Source: Gemmatimonadales bacterium (GTDB taxonomy: Bacteria; Gemmatimonadota; Gemmatimonadetes; Gemmatimonadales; GWC2-71-9). Taken from it: a stretch of 64,000 nt of DNA. This document shows, piece by piece, positions 49,349 through 56,924 of this stretch. The number at the start of each line of letters is the position of its first letter. Position 1 is the stretch's first letter. The stretch lies in NCBI GenBank assembly GCA_041577295.1, contig JBFGJG010000015.1, positions 1 to 64,000 on the forward strand, written 5' to 3'. Position numbers and translations under genes: made by a program. The notes beneath the pieces were generated by a model. It saw only the letters and a list, made by a program, of their open reading frames with translations. It ran no database searches and had not been told where the DNA came from.

Positions 49349-50592
49349 CCACCCTCGGTCGGCCGTACCGGCTGTTCGAGGTGGTGGGCCTCGAGATGGA
49401 GTACGTGGTCATCGACGATGCGCTTCGTCCGCGCCAACTGGTCGAACCGGCGTTTCGAGTTATCCATGGACGTCCCACATCGGAGATCGAATGGGGCGAG
49501 GCGGGGTTCTCGAACGAACTCGCCGCACACGTTTTCGAGTTGAAGACCATGCAGCCCGAGCGGAGTCTCCCCCGCGCGGAGCGGCATCTCGTCGCCGGCC
49601 TGAAGAAGTTCAGCAGCGTGTTGCGCGACCAGTTCAGCGCGCGCTTGCTACCCACTGCCATGCACCCGTTCATGCATCCCAGCGAAACGCGGCTGTGGCC
49701 ACGGGCGGGACAACGCATCTATCGCACGTATGCGCGAATCTTCGACATTCACCAGCACGGTTGGCTCAACGTGCAGGCGACGCACGTTAACCTGCCCTTC
49801 GGCTCCGAGCGGGAGACGATGGCGTTGCACAACGCGATCGCCTGCCTGATCCCGTACCTCCCAGCCCTCGCGGCCAGCTCGCCGATCTTCGAGGGGAAGC
49901 TAGGGCCTGCCGTGGACAACCGGCTGGCATTCTACCGCGTCAATCAGCGACGGTTCCCATCCATCACCGGACAGATCGTGCCGGAGTTCGTGGACTCGTA
50001 CCGGGAGTACCGCCGGCGCATCTTGAAGCCCATTTATCGGGCGTTGGATCACGTCGTCGACGGTCAGATCATCCAACACGAATGGGTGAACTCGCGCGGA
50101 GCGATCATGCGCTTCATGCGAGATGCCATAGAGATCCGCGTGTTGGACACCCAAGAGTGTATCAAAGCGGACGTGGCCATCGCGGCCTTCATTCGTTCGG
50201 TGTTACGTCACATGACGAAACAGACGCTCCATGGCGACACGCGGCTTCCGGACCACCGCGTCCTCGTGGCAGATCTCGACGCCGTGATCCGTCACGGCCT
50301 CGCCGCGAACGTGATGGCCCCTCATATCCGCGTCCGTCGGCAACGCGCGCGGACCGCACGACACGTGCTGGATCATCTCCTGAGCGTGGCCGCTGACGAG
50401 GTGCCGAAGACCGAGCGCCGTTACCTCCCGATCGTCGAAGCCCGGGTGAGCCGTGGAAACTTGTCCGAGCGAATTCGCCGTACCGTGCGGCGCCGTGCCC
50501 CTCGACCGGGGCGGCGTCGACGGGAGGTGATTACAGGTATCTACGAGGAGCTGGCGACATGCCTTCAGGACAACGTCACCTGGGACGAATAA
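49345..50592 (+). CDS. Glutamate-cysteine ligase family 2 (GCS2) carboxylate-amine ligase
   Basis: GLEMEY, NEL..HVFELKT, MHPFM, HVNLPF, ASSP and NSRG...IEIR. The first canonical start is GTG 49381; CTG 49345 is proposed. Confidence 0.88.
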   Translation: MTTLGRPYRLFEVVGLEMEYVVIDDALRPRQLVEPAFRVIHGRPTSEIEWGEAGFSNELAAHVFELKTMQPERSLPRAERHLVAGLKKFSSVLRDQFSARLLPTAMHPFMHPSETRLWPRAGQRIYRTYARIFDIHQHGWLNVQATHVNLPFGSERETMALHNAIACLIPYLPALAASSPIFEGKLGPAVDNRLAFYRVNQRRFPSITGQIVPEFVDSYREYRRRILKPIYRALDHVVDGQIIQHEWVNSRGAIMRFMRDAIEIRVLDTQECIKADVAIAAFIRSVLRHMTKQTLHGDTRLPDHRVLVADLDAVIRHGLAANVMAPHIRVRRQRARTARHVLDHLLSVAADEVPKTERRYLPIVEARVSRGNLSERIRRTVRRRAPRPGRRRREVITGIYEELATCLQDNVTWDE

Positions 50593-51311
50593 GGCTGCTC
50601 GCGTCCGACCGAATCGTCGTCACCTGTGAGCACGCGTCCAACGCCATTCCCCGTGGTGTGAGACGCCCGGCCTCCGCGGCCGTGATGCGCTCGCACGCCG
50701 CCTGGGATCCCGGCGCGCGCGAGCTGGCGTCGATACTGGCGCACGGACTTGGCGCCGCACACTTCGCAGGCCGGTATTCGCGGCTGCTGGTCGATCTCAA
50801 CCGCAGTCCGCGTAGCAAACAGCTCATGCCCACTGAGCTCTTTGGCTATGCCGTTCCGGGGAATAAGAACCTCAAGAAAACGCAGCGCGATGAGCGCATT
50901 GAAAAGTACTACACGCCCTACCGCGAGGTCGTCGAGCAGGCGATTCGCGACGCGATCGAGGAGGAGGGTAGCTGCCTGCACCTCAGCATTCACACCTTCG
51001 TGGCCAAGTATAAGGGCGAAGTGCGCGACTCGGACGTGGGCATTCTGTACGATCCCAAGCGAAGAAAAGAGCGCGTGTTTGCGGAGCGGCTGCGCGACGC
51101 GCTGATCGCGGCCAACATCTCCACGAAGATGAATTGGCCGTACACCGGCACAGCGGATGGATTCACCAAATACTTGCGAAAGGAATTCCCAGCCACGAAG
51201 TACAGCGGGCTGGAAATCGAGGTCAACCAGCGCACGCTGACGACGAATCGCGCCGTGTGGACCATGGGGCGTATGCTCACCGATGCCGTAGCGGCAGCTA
51301 TCGAAATCTGA
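50559..51311 (+). CDS. N-formylglutamate amidohydrolase family (Zn-carboxypeptidase fold)
   Basis: TCEHASN, H.AWDPGA, SRLLVDLNR, HLSIHTF, N.PY.G and LEIEVNQ. Start uncertain. Confidence 0.9.
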   Translation: MPSGQRHLGRIRLLASDRIVVTCEHASNAIPRGVRRPASAAVMRSHAAWDPGARELASILAHGLGAAHFAGRYSRLLVDLNRSPRSKQLMPTELFGYAVPGNKNLKKTQRDERIEKYYTPYREVVEQAIRDAIEEEGSCLHLSIHTFVAKYKGEVRDSDVGILYDPKRRKERVFAERLRDALIAANISTKMNWPYTGTADGFTKYLRKEFPATKYSGLEIEVNQRTLTTNRAVWTMGRMLTDAVAAAIEI

Positions 51312-51314
51312 CAG

Positions 51315-52166
51315 TCAGCGCAGAGAGTCCGCCGGCAACGGGTCGTTGAGCGGGGGCAGCGAGTCTCGCGGCAGGCTGTCGAGCGACATGAGCAGTTCTT
51401 CCGGAAGGCGGATGGTGTCGAGGTCGATGTTGGGTGGTGGCGACCCGCCGACATGCCGCCAGAGGAACGCCGCCCGCTCCATCCTCCCCACGATCTCCGC
51501 TACATACCGGCGGTAACTTGGCGTATCACGCGCTGGATTCCATTGCGACGGACGCGGCAGGCTCGCGGCGAGCATGGCCGCCTCATACTCCGTCAGCTGC
51601 ACAGCCGACTTGCCGAAGTAGTGCCACGCCGCCGCCTCAGCACCATAAACGCTCGGGCCAAACTCCACCACATTCAGATAGATCTCGAGGATCCTCGACT
51701 TGGTCAGGTGTTGTTCGAGCTGGCGAGTGAGTACCGCCTCCTTCAGCTTGCGCAACGGATTCCGCGACGGGGACAGCCAAAGATTCTTCGCGAGCTGCTG
51801 GGTGATTGTCGATGCACCGCGAGGCGCGCTCCGCTCGGCAATCGCCTCTTTGATGGCCACGCCGATCTCGGCCGTCGAGAACCCAGCGTGCGAGAAGAAC
51901 TCCATGTCCTCCGCCGCAACCGCCGCACGTTTGAGGTGAGGTGATATCGCCGCATCGGGGACCCATTGCCATGCGACCTCGGCCGGTTGGCCACGCTCTC
52001 GCTGCCGCTCCTTCGCCATTTCGATGAACGCGGTCGTGCGGGGAGGCACCGACGCGAGTTGCTCGACGTCCGGCCACGTAAGGAGGATAAAGGCGAGCAG
52101 GAGTGCTACCAACCCAAAGGCGGCAAGGACGGTCCACCGGAGGATACGCCACGACGTCGTGCTCAT
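51315..52166 (-). CDS. mtgA: Monofunctional peptidoglycan transglycosylase
   Basis: AAEDMEFFSH.G, RGASTITQQLAKNL, RKLKE and ILEIYLNVVEFG. Confidence 0.93.
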   Translation of the reverse strand: MSTTSWRILRWTVLAAFGLVALLLAFILLTWPDVEQLASVPPRTTAFIEMAKERQRERGQPAEVAWQWVPDAAISPHLKRAAVAAEDMEFFSHAGFSTAEIGVAIKEAIAERSAPRGASTITQQLAKNLWLSPSRNPLRKLKEAVLTRQLEQHLTKSRILEIYLNVVEFGPSVYGAEAAAWHYFGKSAVQLTEYEAAMLAASLPRPSQWNPARDTPSYRRYVAEIVGRMERAAFLWRHVGGSPPPNIDLDTIRLPEELLMSLDSLPRDSLPPLNDPLPADSLR

Positions 52167-52215
52167 CCTTCCATGAAAGCACTCGCGGGAGGCTCCGATG
52201 TCAACCCAGCGAGCG

Positions 52216-53529
52216 TCAGCCGATTCGCTCTTCCAGCGGGCGGACGGCGGGAGCCGAAGGGACCAGCAACGCGTCCCGTTCGGCCACGGGTTCCGTGCGA
52301 GCAACGAAGACGGCGGCCGTGAGATCGCCGGCGACGTTGAGCGTGGTGCGGCACATGTCCAAGATGCGGTCGACCCCGAGAATGATCGCGATCCCCTCCG
52401 GTGGCACGCCCACCGCGGCGAGCACCACCATGATCAGCGGAAGCGAGCCACCCGGAACTCCTGCTGCACCCACCGCGGTCAACACACTGAGCACCACCAC
52501 GACCACCTGCTGACCGAGCGAGAGATCCACACCAAAGACCTGTGCGAGGAACAGCACCGTCACTCCCTCGTAGAGCGCCGTGCCGTTCATGTTCATCGTC
52601 GCCCCGAGAGGGAGCACAAACCCTGCGATCCGAGCCGGGACGCCGAGCTGACGCTCGGCGACCGCGATGTTCGTCGGTAACGTGGCGTTGCTCGAGCTCG
52701 TCGAAAACGCGGTCACGAGGCTGGCCCGTGCCCGTTTCCAGAAGCTGATCGGGTTATGGCCACCGAGCAGCCACACCAGCAAAGAGAGAGTCACTAGACC
52801 GTGTAGCAGCAGACCTCCCACGACGATTGCCACATAGACGCCAAGCTGCTCGAGGATGTTCCAGCCAAACCGGGAGGTCACCACGAAGATGAGGCCGAAC
52901 ACGCCATAGGGCGCGAGCTTCATCGCAAGGTCGATGATCTTGATCACGACATCGCCCAGCACCTCGATCAGCCGCAGCATCGGGCGTGCACGGTCCTGTG
53001 GGATCATCGTGAGCGCGGCGCCAAAGACGACCGAAAAGAAAATGACGCCTAGCATGTCCATCGAGGCGGCCGCCTGGATGGGATTGCGGGGTACGATGTT
53101 CACGAATGTGCTGATGCCAAAGCGGGCACCGGTGCCGGACTGGAGCCCCTGAGCATCACCGCGATAGGTGTCAAAGAGCGCCTGACGCGTGGTGGCGTCG
53201 ATCGCCACGCCAGGGTCCAACGCATTGACCAGCGCGAGCCCGACGACCGTGGAGAGTGCCGTGGACACCAGGAAGTATCCGAGCGTTTTGCCGCCGATTC
53301 GTCCGAGCTTGCGGATGTCACCGATGCCGGCCACCCCCAAGGTCACCGACGCGAAGACCAAGGGGATCACCGTCATGAGCAGGAGGCGTAAGAAGATCTG
53401 GCCGGCGGGTCCGGCGACGTATTCGTTTACGAGGCGGAGCCCCGTTGTGTCCGCGGCGAACGCCTTGGCAAGGGCACCAGCCGCTGCACCGGTCAGCAGT
53501 CCGATGACGATCTTGGTGTGGAGCTTCAT
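52216..53529 (-). CDS. Dicarboxylate/amino acid:cation symporter (DAACS, GltP-like)
   Basis: AFSTSSSNATLP, GATMNMNGTALY, GAAGVPG and GVDRILDMCRT.LNV.GD. Confidence 0.95.
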   Translation of the reverse strand: MKLHTKIVIGLLTGAAAGALAKAFAADTTGLRLVNEYVAGPAGQIFLRLLLMTVIPLVFASVTLGVAGIGDIRKLGRIGGKTLGYFLVSTALSTVVGLALVNALDPGVAIDATTRQALFDTYRGDAQGLQSGTGARFGISTFVNIVPRNPIQAAASMDMLGVIFFSVVFGAALTMIPQDRARPMLRLIEVLGDVVIKIIDLAMKLAPYGVFGLIFVVTSRFGWNILEQLGVYVAIVVGGLLLHGLVTLSLLVWLLGGHNPISFWKRARASLVTAFSTSSSNATLPTNIAVAERQLGVPARIAGFVLPLGATMNMNGTALYEGVTVLFLAQVFGVDLSLGQQVVVVVLSVLTAVGAAGVPGGSLPLIMVVLAAVGVPPEGIAIILGVDRILDMCRTTLNVAGDLTAAVFVARTEPVAERDALLVPSAPAVRPLEERIG

Positions 53530-53563
53530 CGCGTGTACTGGCGGAAGCGAGTGTTTGGCTCGC

Positions 53564-53686
53564 TCACTGTTGTCCCGGCTCGTCGGACCGAACTGGGGAG
53601 CGCAGCACGCGGAGAAAGAACTTCCCCGTGAAGAACCCAATGACGGCCCAGGTCCCGAGAAGCATGATCCACGCCGACCCCGTCAT
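53564..53686 (-). CDS. 40-aa single-TM peptide, putative small subunit of the NSS transporter
   Basis: MTGSAWIMLLGTWAVIGFFTGKFFLRVLRSPVRSDEPGQQ; ATGA overlap with the NSS stop. Confidence 0.7.
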   Translation of the reverse strand: MTGSAWIMLLGTWAVIGFFTGKFFLRVLRSPVRSDEPGQQ

Positions 53687-55320
53687 AGGATTACTCTCGC
53701 CTTGAGACGCCACGCTTTCCACACGAGGAAGGCGCATCCCAAGAATACCAGCAACAGCAAACCGCGCGTGGCGTCCTGAACGAAGTCGTTGGTGAAGTTG
53801 CCCTGCGCGTCGAACCATGAGTACTCCGGGTCGCCCACGTGCAGCACACGTCCTATCACGCTGTCGGGCGCCAGCGGCCAACCCTCACCCGTGAAGACCG
53901 AACGCACTGCTGCTCCCCATCGACCCACTGGCTTGATCAACGCGCCGACAAAGACCACCAGAATGAACACCGGGGTGACGTACTTGATGACCGGTCGGAT
54001 CAGCGTGGGCACTTGAATGTCGGCACCGCGTGTGATCTCCGCCCATCCCCGCTCCATGCCAAAGATCCAACCAAAGATGATGATCTCACCCAACGCGAAC
54101 ACGACGAGAGAAAAGGTGCCGCTCCAGAAATCGAACTCGTCGAACGACCCACCCGGATAGAGCCAAACACACACAAAGCCCAGCACGAGCGTGGTGGCGC
54201 CAAACGTGAACGCGGCGCGGGTCCGCTTGTAGCCGAACTCATCCTGCAAAAACGCGAGAATCGGTTGCCCCATGGCGAGCGACGAGGTAATCCCGGCAAA
54301 GAACAGGAGCCCAAACCACAACGCACCCGCGAACGGGGCAAACCACCCCCACTGATTGAACAGCGATGGGAGCGCCAGAAAGCCGAGGGCAAACCCACTG
54401 CCGCCGGCGGTGGCCGCCTGCACCGCCTGCAGGCCGAGGTACGCGGTGGCGATCGGAATGAGAATCGAGCCGCCGAGAATGACCTCGACGAATTCGTTCA
54501 TCCAACCGGCGGACGCCGCGTTGAGCGCGATGTCCTGCTCGCGCTTTATATATGCGGCGTAGCAGTGGATCGACCCCATTCCCACGGAGAGCGTGAAGAA
54601 GATTTGCCCAGCGGCCGCGAGCCATGTCGTGGGATCGAGCAAACCGGCCGGTTGCGGTTGCCAGACGAAGTTCAGGCCTTCGAGGGGGCTCTGCACGACA
54701 CCCGGATCGTGGGTTCCGAGTGTGAGACCGCGGATTGCGAGGATTGCGCCAAACGACAACAGCAGCGGCATGCCGATCTTTGCCGCGATCTCGATGCCCT
54801 TTTGCAGCCCGTGTGACAGAATCCAGACGTTGAGACCGAGTGTCAGAAGAAACCAGAACACCGCTTCGCGAGGTACGGCGAGAACGGAGTCCTCTTGCAT
54901 GCCGAGATACCGCGGGAAGAATTCGCCGGCCGCGACGTCTTTGAATGTCCCGGTTGCCGAATGCCACACGTAGGACAGCGTCCAGGACTCGATATAGCAG
55001 TAGTAGGCCGCGACGGTGAGATTGGTAAAGAGCCCGAACACGCCGACGTATTTGAGCCATCGGTACTTGCCCAACCGGTCGAACATGCCCGGCGCCGAAT
55101 GGTGACCAAACTGGCCGCCGTGACGGCCGATCGCCCACTCCACCCACAGGAGTGGGATACCCATGAGAAGGAAGGAAACGAGGTAGGGAATTAGAAACGA
55201 ACCGCCGCCGTTCTGGGCTGCCTGTGCGGGGAATCGCAGGAAGTTGCCCAGACCGACGGCGTTTCCCGCCATCGCCAGAACCAAGCCGACCCTGGTGCCC
55301 CAGCGCTCGCGGCTGGACAT
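53683..55320 (-). CDS. Neurotransmitter:sodium symporter (NSS, LeuT-like)
   Basis: RERWG.RVGLVLAMAGNAVGLGNFLRFP, AAGQIFFTLSVG.G, NEFVEVILGG and FFAGITSS. Confidence 0.96.
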   Translation of the reverse strand: MSSRERWGTRVGLVLAMAGNAVGLGNFLRFPAQAAQNGGGSFLIPYLVSFLLMGIPLLWVEWAIGRHGGQFGHHSAPGMFDRLGKYRWLKYVGVFGLFTNLTVAAYYCYIESWTLSYVWHSATGTFKDVAAGEFFPRYLGMQEDSVLAVPREAVFWFLLTLGLNVWILSHGLQKGIEIAAKIGMPLLLSFGAILAIRGLTLGTHDPGVVQSPLEGLNFVWQPQPAGLLDPTTWLAAAGQIFFTLSVGMGSIHCYAAYIKREQDIALNAASAGWMNEFVEVILGGSILIPIATAYLGLQAVQAATAGGSGFALGFLALPSLFNQWGWFAPFAGALWFGLLFFAGITSSLAMGQPILAFLQDEFGYKRTRAAFTFGATTLVLGFVCVWLYPGGSFDEFDFWSGTFSLVVFALGEIIIFGWIFGMERGWAEITRGADIQVPTLIRPVIKYVTPVFILVVFVGALIKPVGRWGAAVRSVFTGEGWPLAPDSVIGRVLHVGDPEYSWFDAQGNFTNDFVQDATRGLLLLVFLGCAFLVWKAWRLKARVIL

Positions 55321-55384
55321 AGACCCGGCCTTCAAACTCCACGGCCCGTGCCGAAGTGACACGGGCCTCTGAAAGAGTGCGCGA

Positions 55385-55412
55385 AGTCTAAGGGCGGCTT
55401 TGCGGAAGTCAA
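55385..55412 (-). promoter_or_regulatory. Putative sigma70 promoter of the NSS-DAACS transporter operon
   Basis: Minus strand TTGACT, 16-nt spacer, TAGACT. Confidence 0.5.
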
Positions 55413-55428
55413 TGCCCGGCTCCCCCCC

Positions 55429-55456
55429 TTTACTTCCACTACGGGCACATTACAAT
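55429..55456 (+). promoter_or_regulatory. Putative divergent sigma70 promoter
   Basis: TTTACT, 16-nt spacer, TACAAT; stands out in GC-rich DNA. Confidence 0.55.
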
Positions 55457-55461
55457 TGGCG

Positions 55462-55671
55462 TCCGCACGCGAGGCGTGAAGGGGTGCGAGGTGAGGCGCC
55501 GGCGGTGGAGCGTGCAACGCTTGGCGTCCAGAGCGGTAAACAACGCCGCTCATCGTGGAATGCTCTGGGTGGATGCGATGCGCGACGTCCCATCGACGCG
55601 CGATCGAAGAGAAAAGCGATACAACTACGACCGCTGAGTCAGTGACGTCAGTCTGGCCCGGCGGTCTTTTT
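55462..55671 (+). ncRNA. Candidate structured leader or small RNA (family not recognised)
   Basis: Bounded by the predicted promoter and a hairpin+U5; internal hairpins CACGC-GAG-GCGTG, AGCGT-GCA-ACGCT and GAGCGG-N9-CCGCTC. Confidence 0.35.
55629..55671 (+). terminator. Intrinsic terminator or attenuator hairpin
   Basis: GACCGCTGAGTCAG pairs with CTGGCCCGGCGGTC (13 of 14 positions, including G-U) and is followed by TTTTT. Confidence 0.6.
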
Positions 55672-55686
55672 GTGAGGTAGATCACA
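55671..55686. promoter_or_regulatory. CRP/FNR-family (or Rex-like) palindrome
   Basis: TGTGA-GGTAGA-TCACA, a perfect CRP-type consensus that extends to TTGTGA/TCACAA, just upstream of the AAGGAGG RBS. Confidence 0.5.
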
Positions 55687-55703
55687 ATCAAAGGAGGATA
55701 GGT

Positions 55704-55865
55704 ATGAAGACACCACAGAAGCCCGGCCCGCAGCCGGCCAAGCCCGCCCAGCAACAGCCGAAGCCGGGCCAGCAGGTCGGGCACACCCCATCGCAACAGG
55801 CGCCCAAGGGCAGCCAGCCTGGCTCGCCGGCGGTTCAGCCGAAGCCGGGTCAGCCGAAGAAATAG
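55704..55865 (+). CDS. 53-aa Gln/Pro/Lys-rich small protein (below the ORF-track cutoff)
   Basis: AAGGAGG RBS; MKTPQKPGPQPAKPAQQQPKPGQQVGHTPSQQAPKGSQPGSPAVQPKPGQPKK*; GC3-rich codons; downstream hairpin. Confidence 0.72.
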   Translation: MKTPQKPGPQPAKPAQQQPKPGQQVGHTPSQQAPKGSQPGSPAVQPKPGQPKK

Positions 55866-55887
55866 GGAGCAGCATCGAAGGACAACG

Positions 55888-55918
55888 AGGCCCGCTCCGG
55901 CTTATCCGGAGCGGGCCT
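55888..55918. terminator. Perfect 13-bp hairpin between convergent genes (probable bidirectional terminator)
   Basis: AGGCCCGCTCCGG-CTTAT-CCGGAGCGGGCCT followed by ACTTCTT. Confidence 0.75.
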
Positions 55919-55924
55919 ACTTCT

Positions 55925-56326
55925 TCAGGGCTCCTGCGAACCCTCGAGTACAGACTTCAGCACGCGAAGCTCCTCTTGGAGCGCTCTCACCTGCCCGTCG
56001 AACTGACTGGCCGTCATCTCCGGCGGTCGAAACTGGGTGAAGAGCAGCTCCGCGTGCTCCCCGTTTGGAATCACGCGGGAGGCTGCAACGAGCTCGACCC
56101 CTGGCGTCGGCGAGAGGTGAAAGTCCACGACGCCACACGAGGGCGAGGTCGTCACCTTCATTTGAAAAGGGCCAGCTGGCGTGTGGACCAGCCACCTGTC
56201 GCCGGCCGGTCGAATGTCTCTACAAAAGTGTATGGCCCACCTTGGTAGGTTCTCGGGTCGCGAAACGAAGTCGTACACTGCGCGCCAGTCACGATCAACC
56301 GAGATCGTCTGCGTGTCGGACTGCAT
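55925..56326 (-). CDS. SRPBCC family protein
   Basis: VYDFVSRPENLPRWA..F, GVVDF and RVIPNG...FT; AGGAGGGG RBS before ATG 56326. Confidence 0.85.
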   Translation of the reverse strand: MQSDTQTISVDRDWRAVYDFVSRPENLPRWAIHFCRDIRPAGDRWLVHTPAGPFQMKVTTSPSCGVVDFHLSPTPGVELVAASRVIPNGEHAELLFTQFRPPEMTASQFDGQVRALQEELRVLKSVLEGSQEP

Positions 56327-56813
56327 GACTCCCCTCCTGTAGGTGTTCACCGGGCGATGCGCTCGTGCGGCCGAGGTCGCGCAGCGCCCGCAGGGACGTG
56401 CGCAGCTGATCAGACCCGGCCCCCGTGAGCCGCTCCCCCACGTCCTTCTCCATCTCCGCGAGCACCGCTTCGGCGACCTCGCGGAACTTGCGGGACCTGC
56501 CTGACAGATAGATCCGATAAACCCGCGCATCGTCCTGATCACGAACGCGGCGGACGAGCCCCTTCTCCCTCATGTCCCGAATCAGCGTCGTCATGGTCTG
56601 CTTGCTGAGCCCCGCACGCTCGGCCAGCTCCCCCATCTGGAGCCCCTCCTCTTCGAAGAGCGGGAGCAGAATGGAGCCGTAGCTAGGGCGAATATCCGGG
56701 TAGCCCCTTGCCACGAATCCCTCGTAAAGCACTTCATTCCAACGCTGTAGGGCCATTGCCAAGAGGAAGCCAAGGTTGCTCGTGTTTGCTAGACCGCGAT
56801 TATAGTCTGACAT
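56295..56813 (-). CDS. MarR family transcriptional regulator
   Basis: wHTH: MGELAERAGLSKQTMTTLI..M..KGLV.R..D..DAR. Confidence 0.92.
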   Translation of the reverse strand: MSDYNRGLANTSNLGFLLAMALQRWNEVLYEGFVARGYPDIRPSYGSILLPLFEEEGLQMGELAERAGLSKQTMTTLIRDMREKGLVRRVRDQDDARVYRIYLSGRSRKFREVAEAVLAEMEKDVGERLTGAGSDQLRTSLRALRDLGRTSASPGEHLQEGSHAVRHADDLG

Positions 56814-56842
56814 CGTACTAAATATAGTACGATGTCAGACTA
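56803..56842. promoter_or_regulatory. Perfect 18-bp inverted repeat, probable MarR auto-operator
   Basis: TAGTCTGACATCGTACTA-AATA-TAGTACGATGTCAGACTA, covering the marR start codon and a TATATT -10. Confidence 0.8.
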
Positions 56843-56924
56843 CTTTCCGCAAGCCGATGTCTCGTTAGTTGGCGATGAGGGGTGGGCTAGTTCCCGGGCT
56901 TCCGTCTTCCAACCTTCGGTCCTC

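Noticed and set aside
55636..55650. TGAGTCA and TGACGTCA (AP-1/CRE-like) motifs
   Set aside because: These are eukaryotic motifs; here they are part of the terminator hairpin.
55400..55875. ORF-track ORFs 55400..55645 (+), 55332..55796 (-) and 55648..55875 (-)
   Set aside because: They have no RBS or motifs; the promoter, terminator and strong-RBS sORF at 55704 explain the region better.
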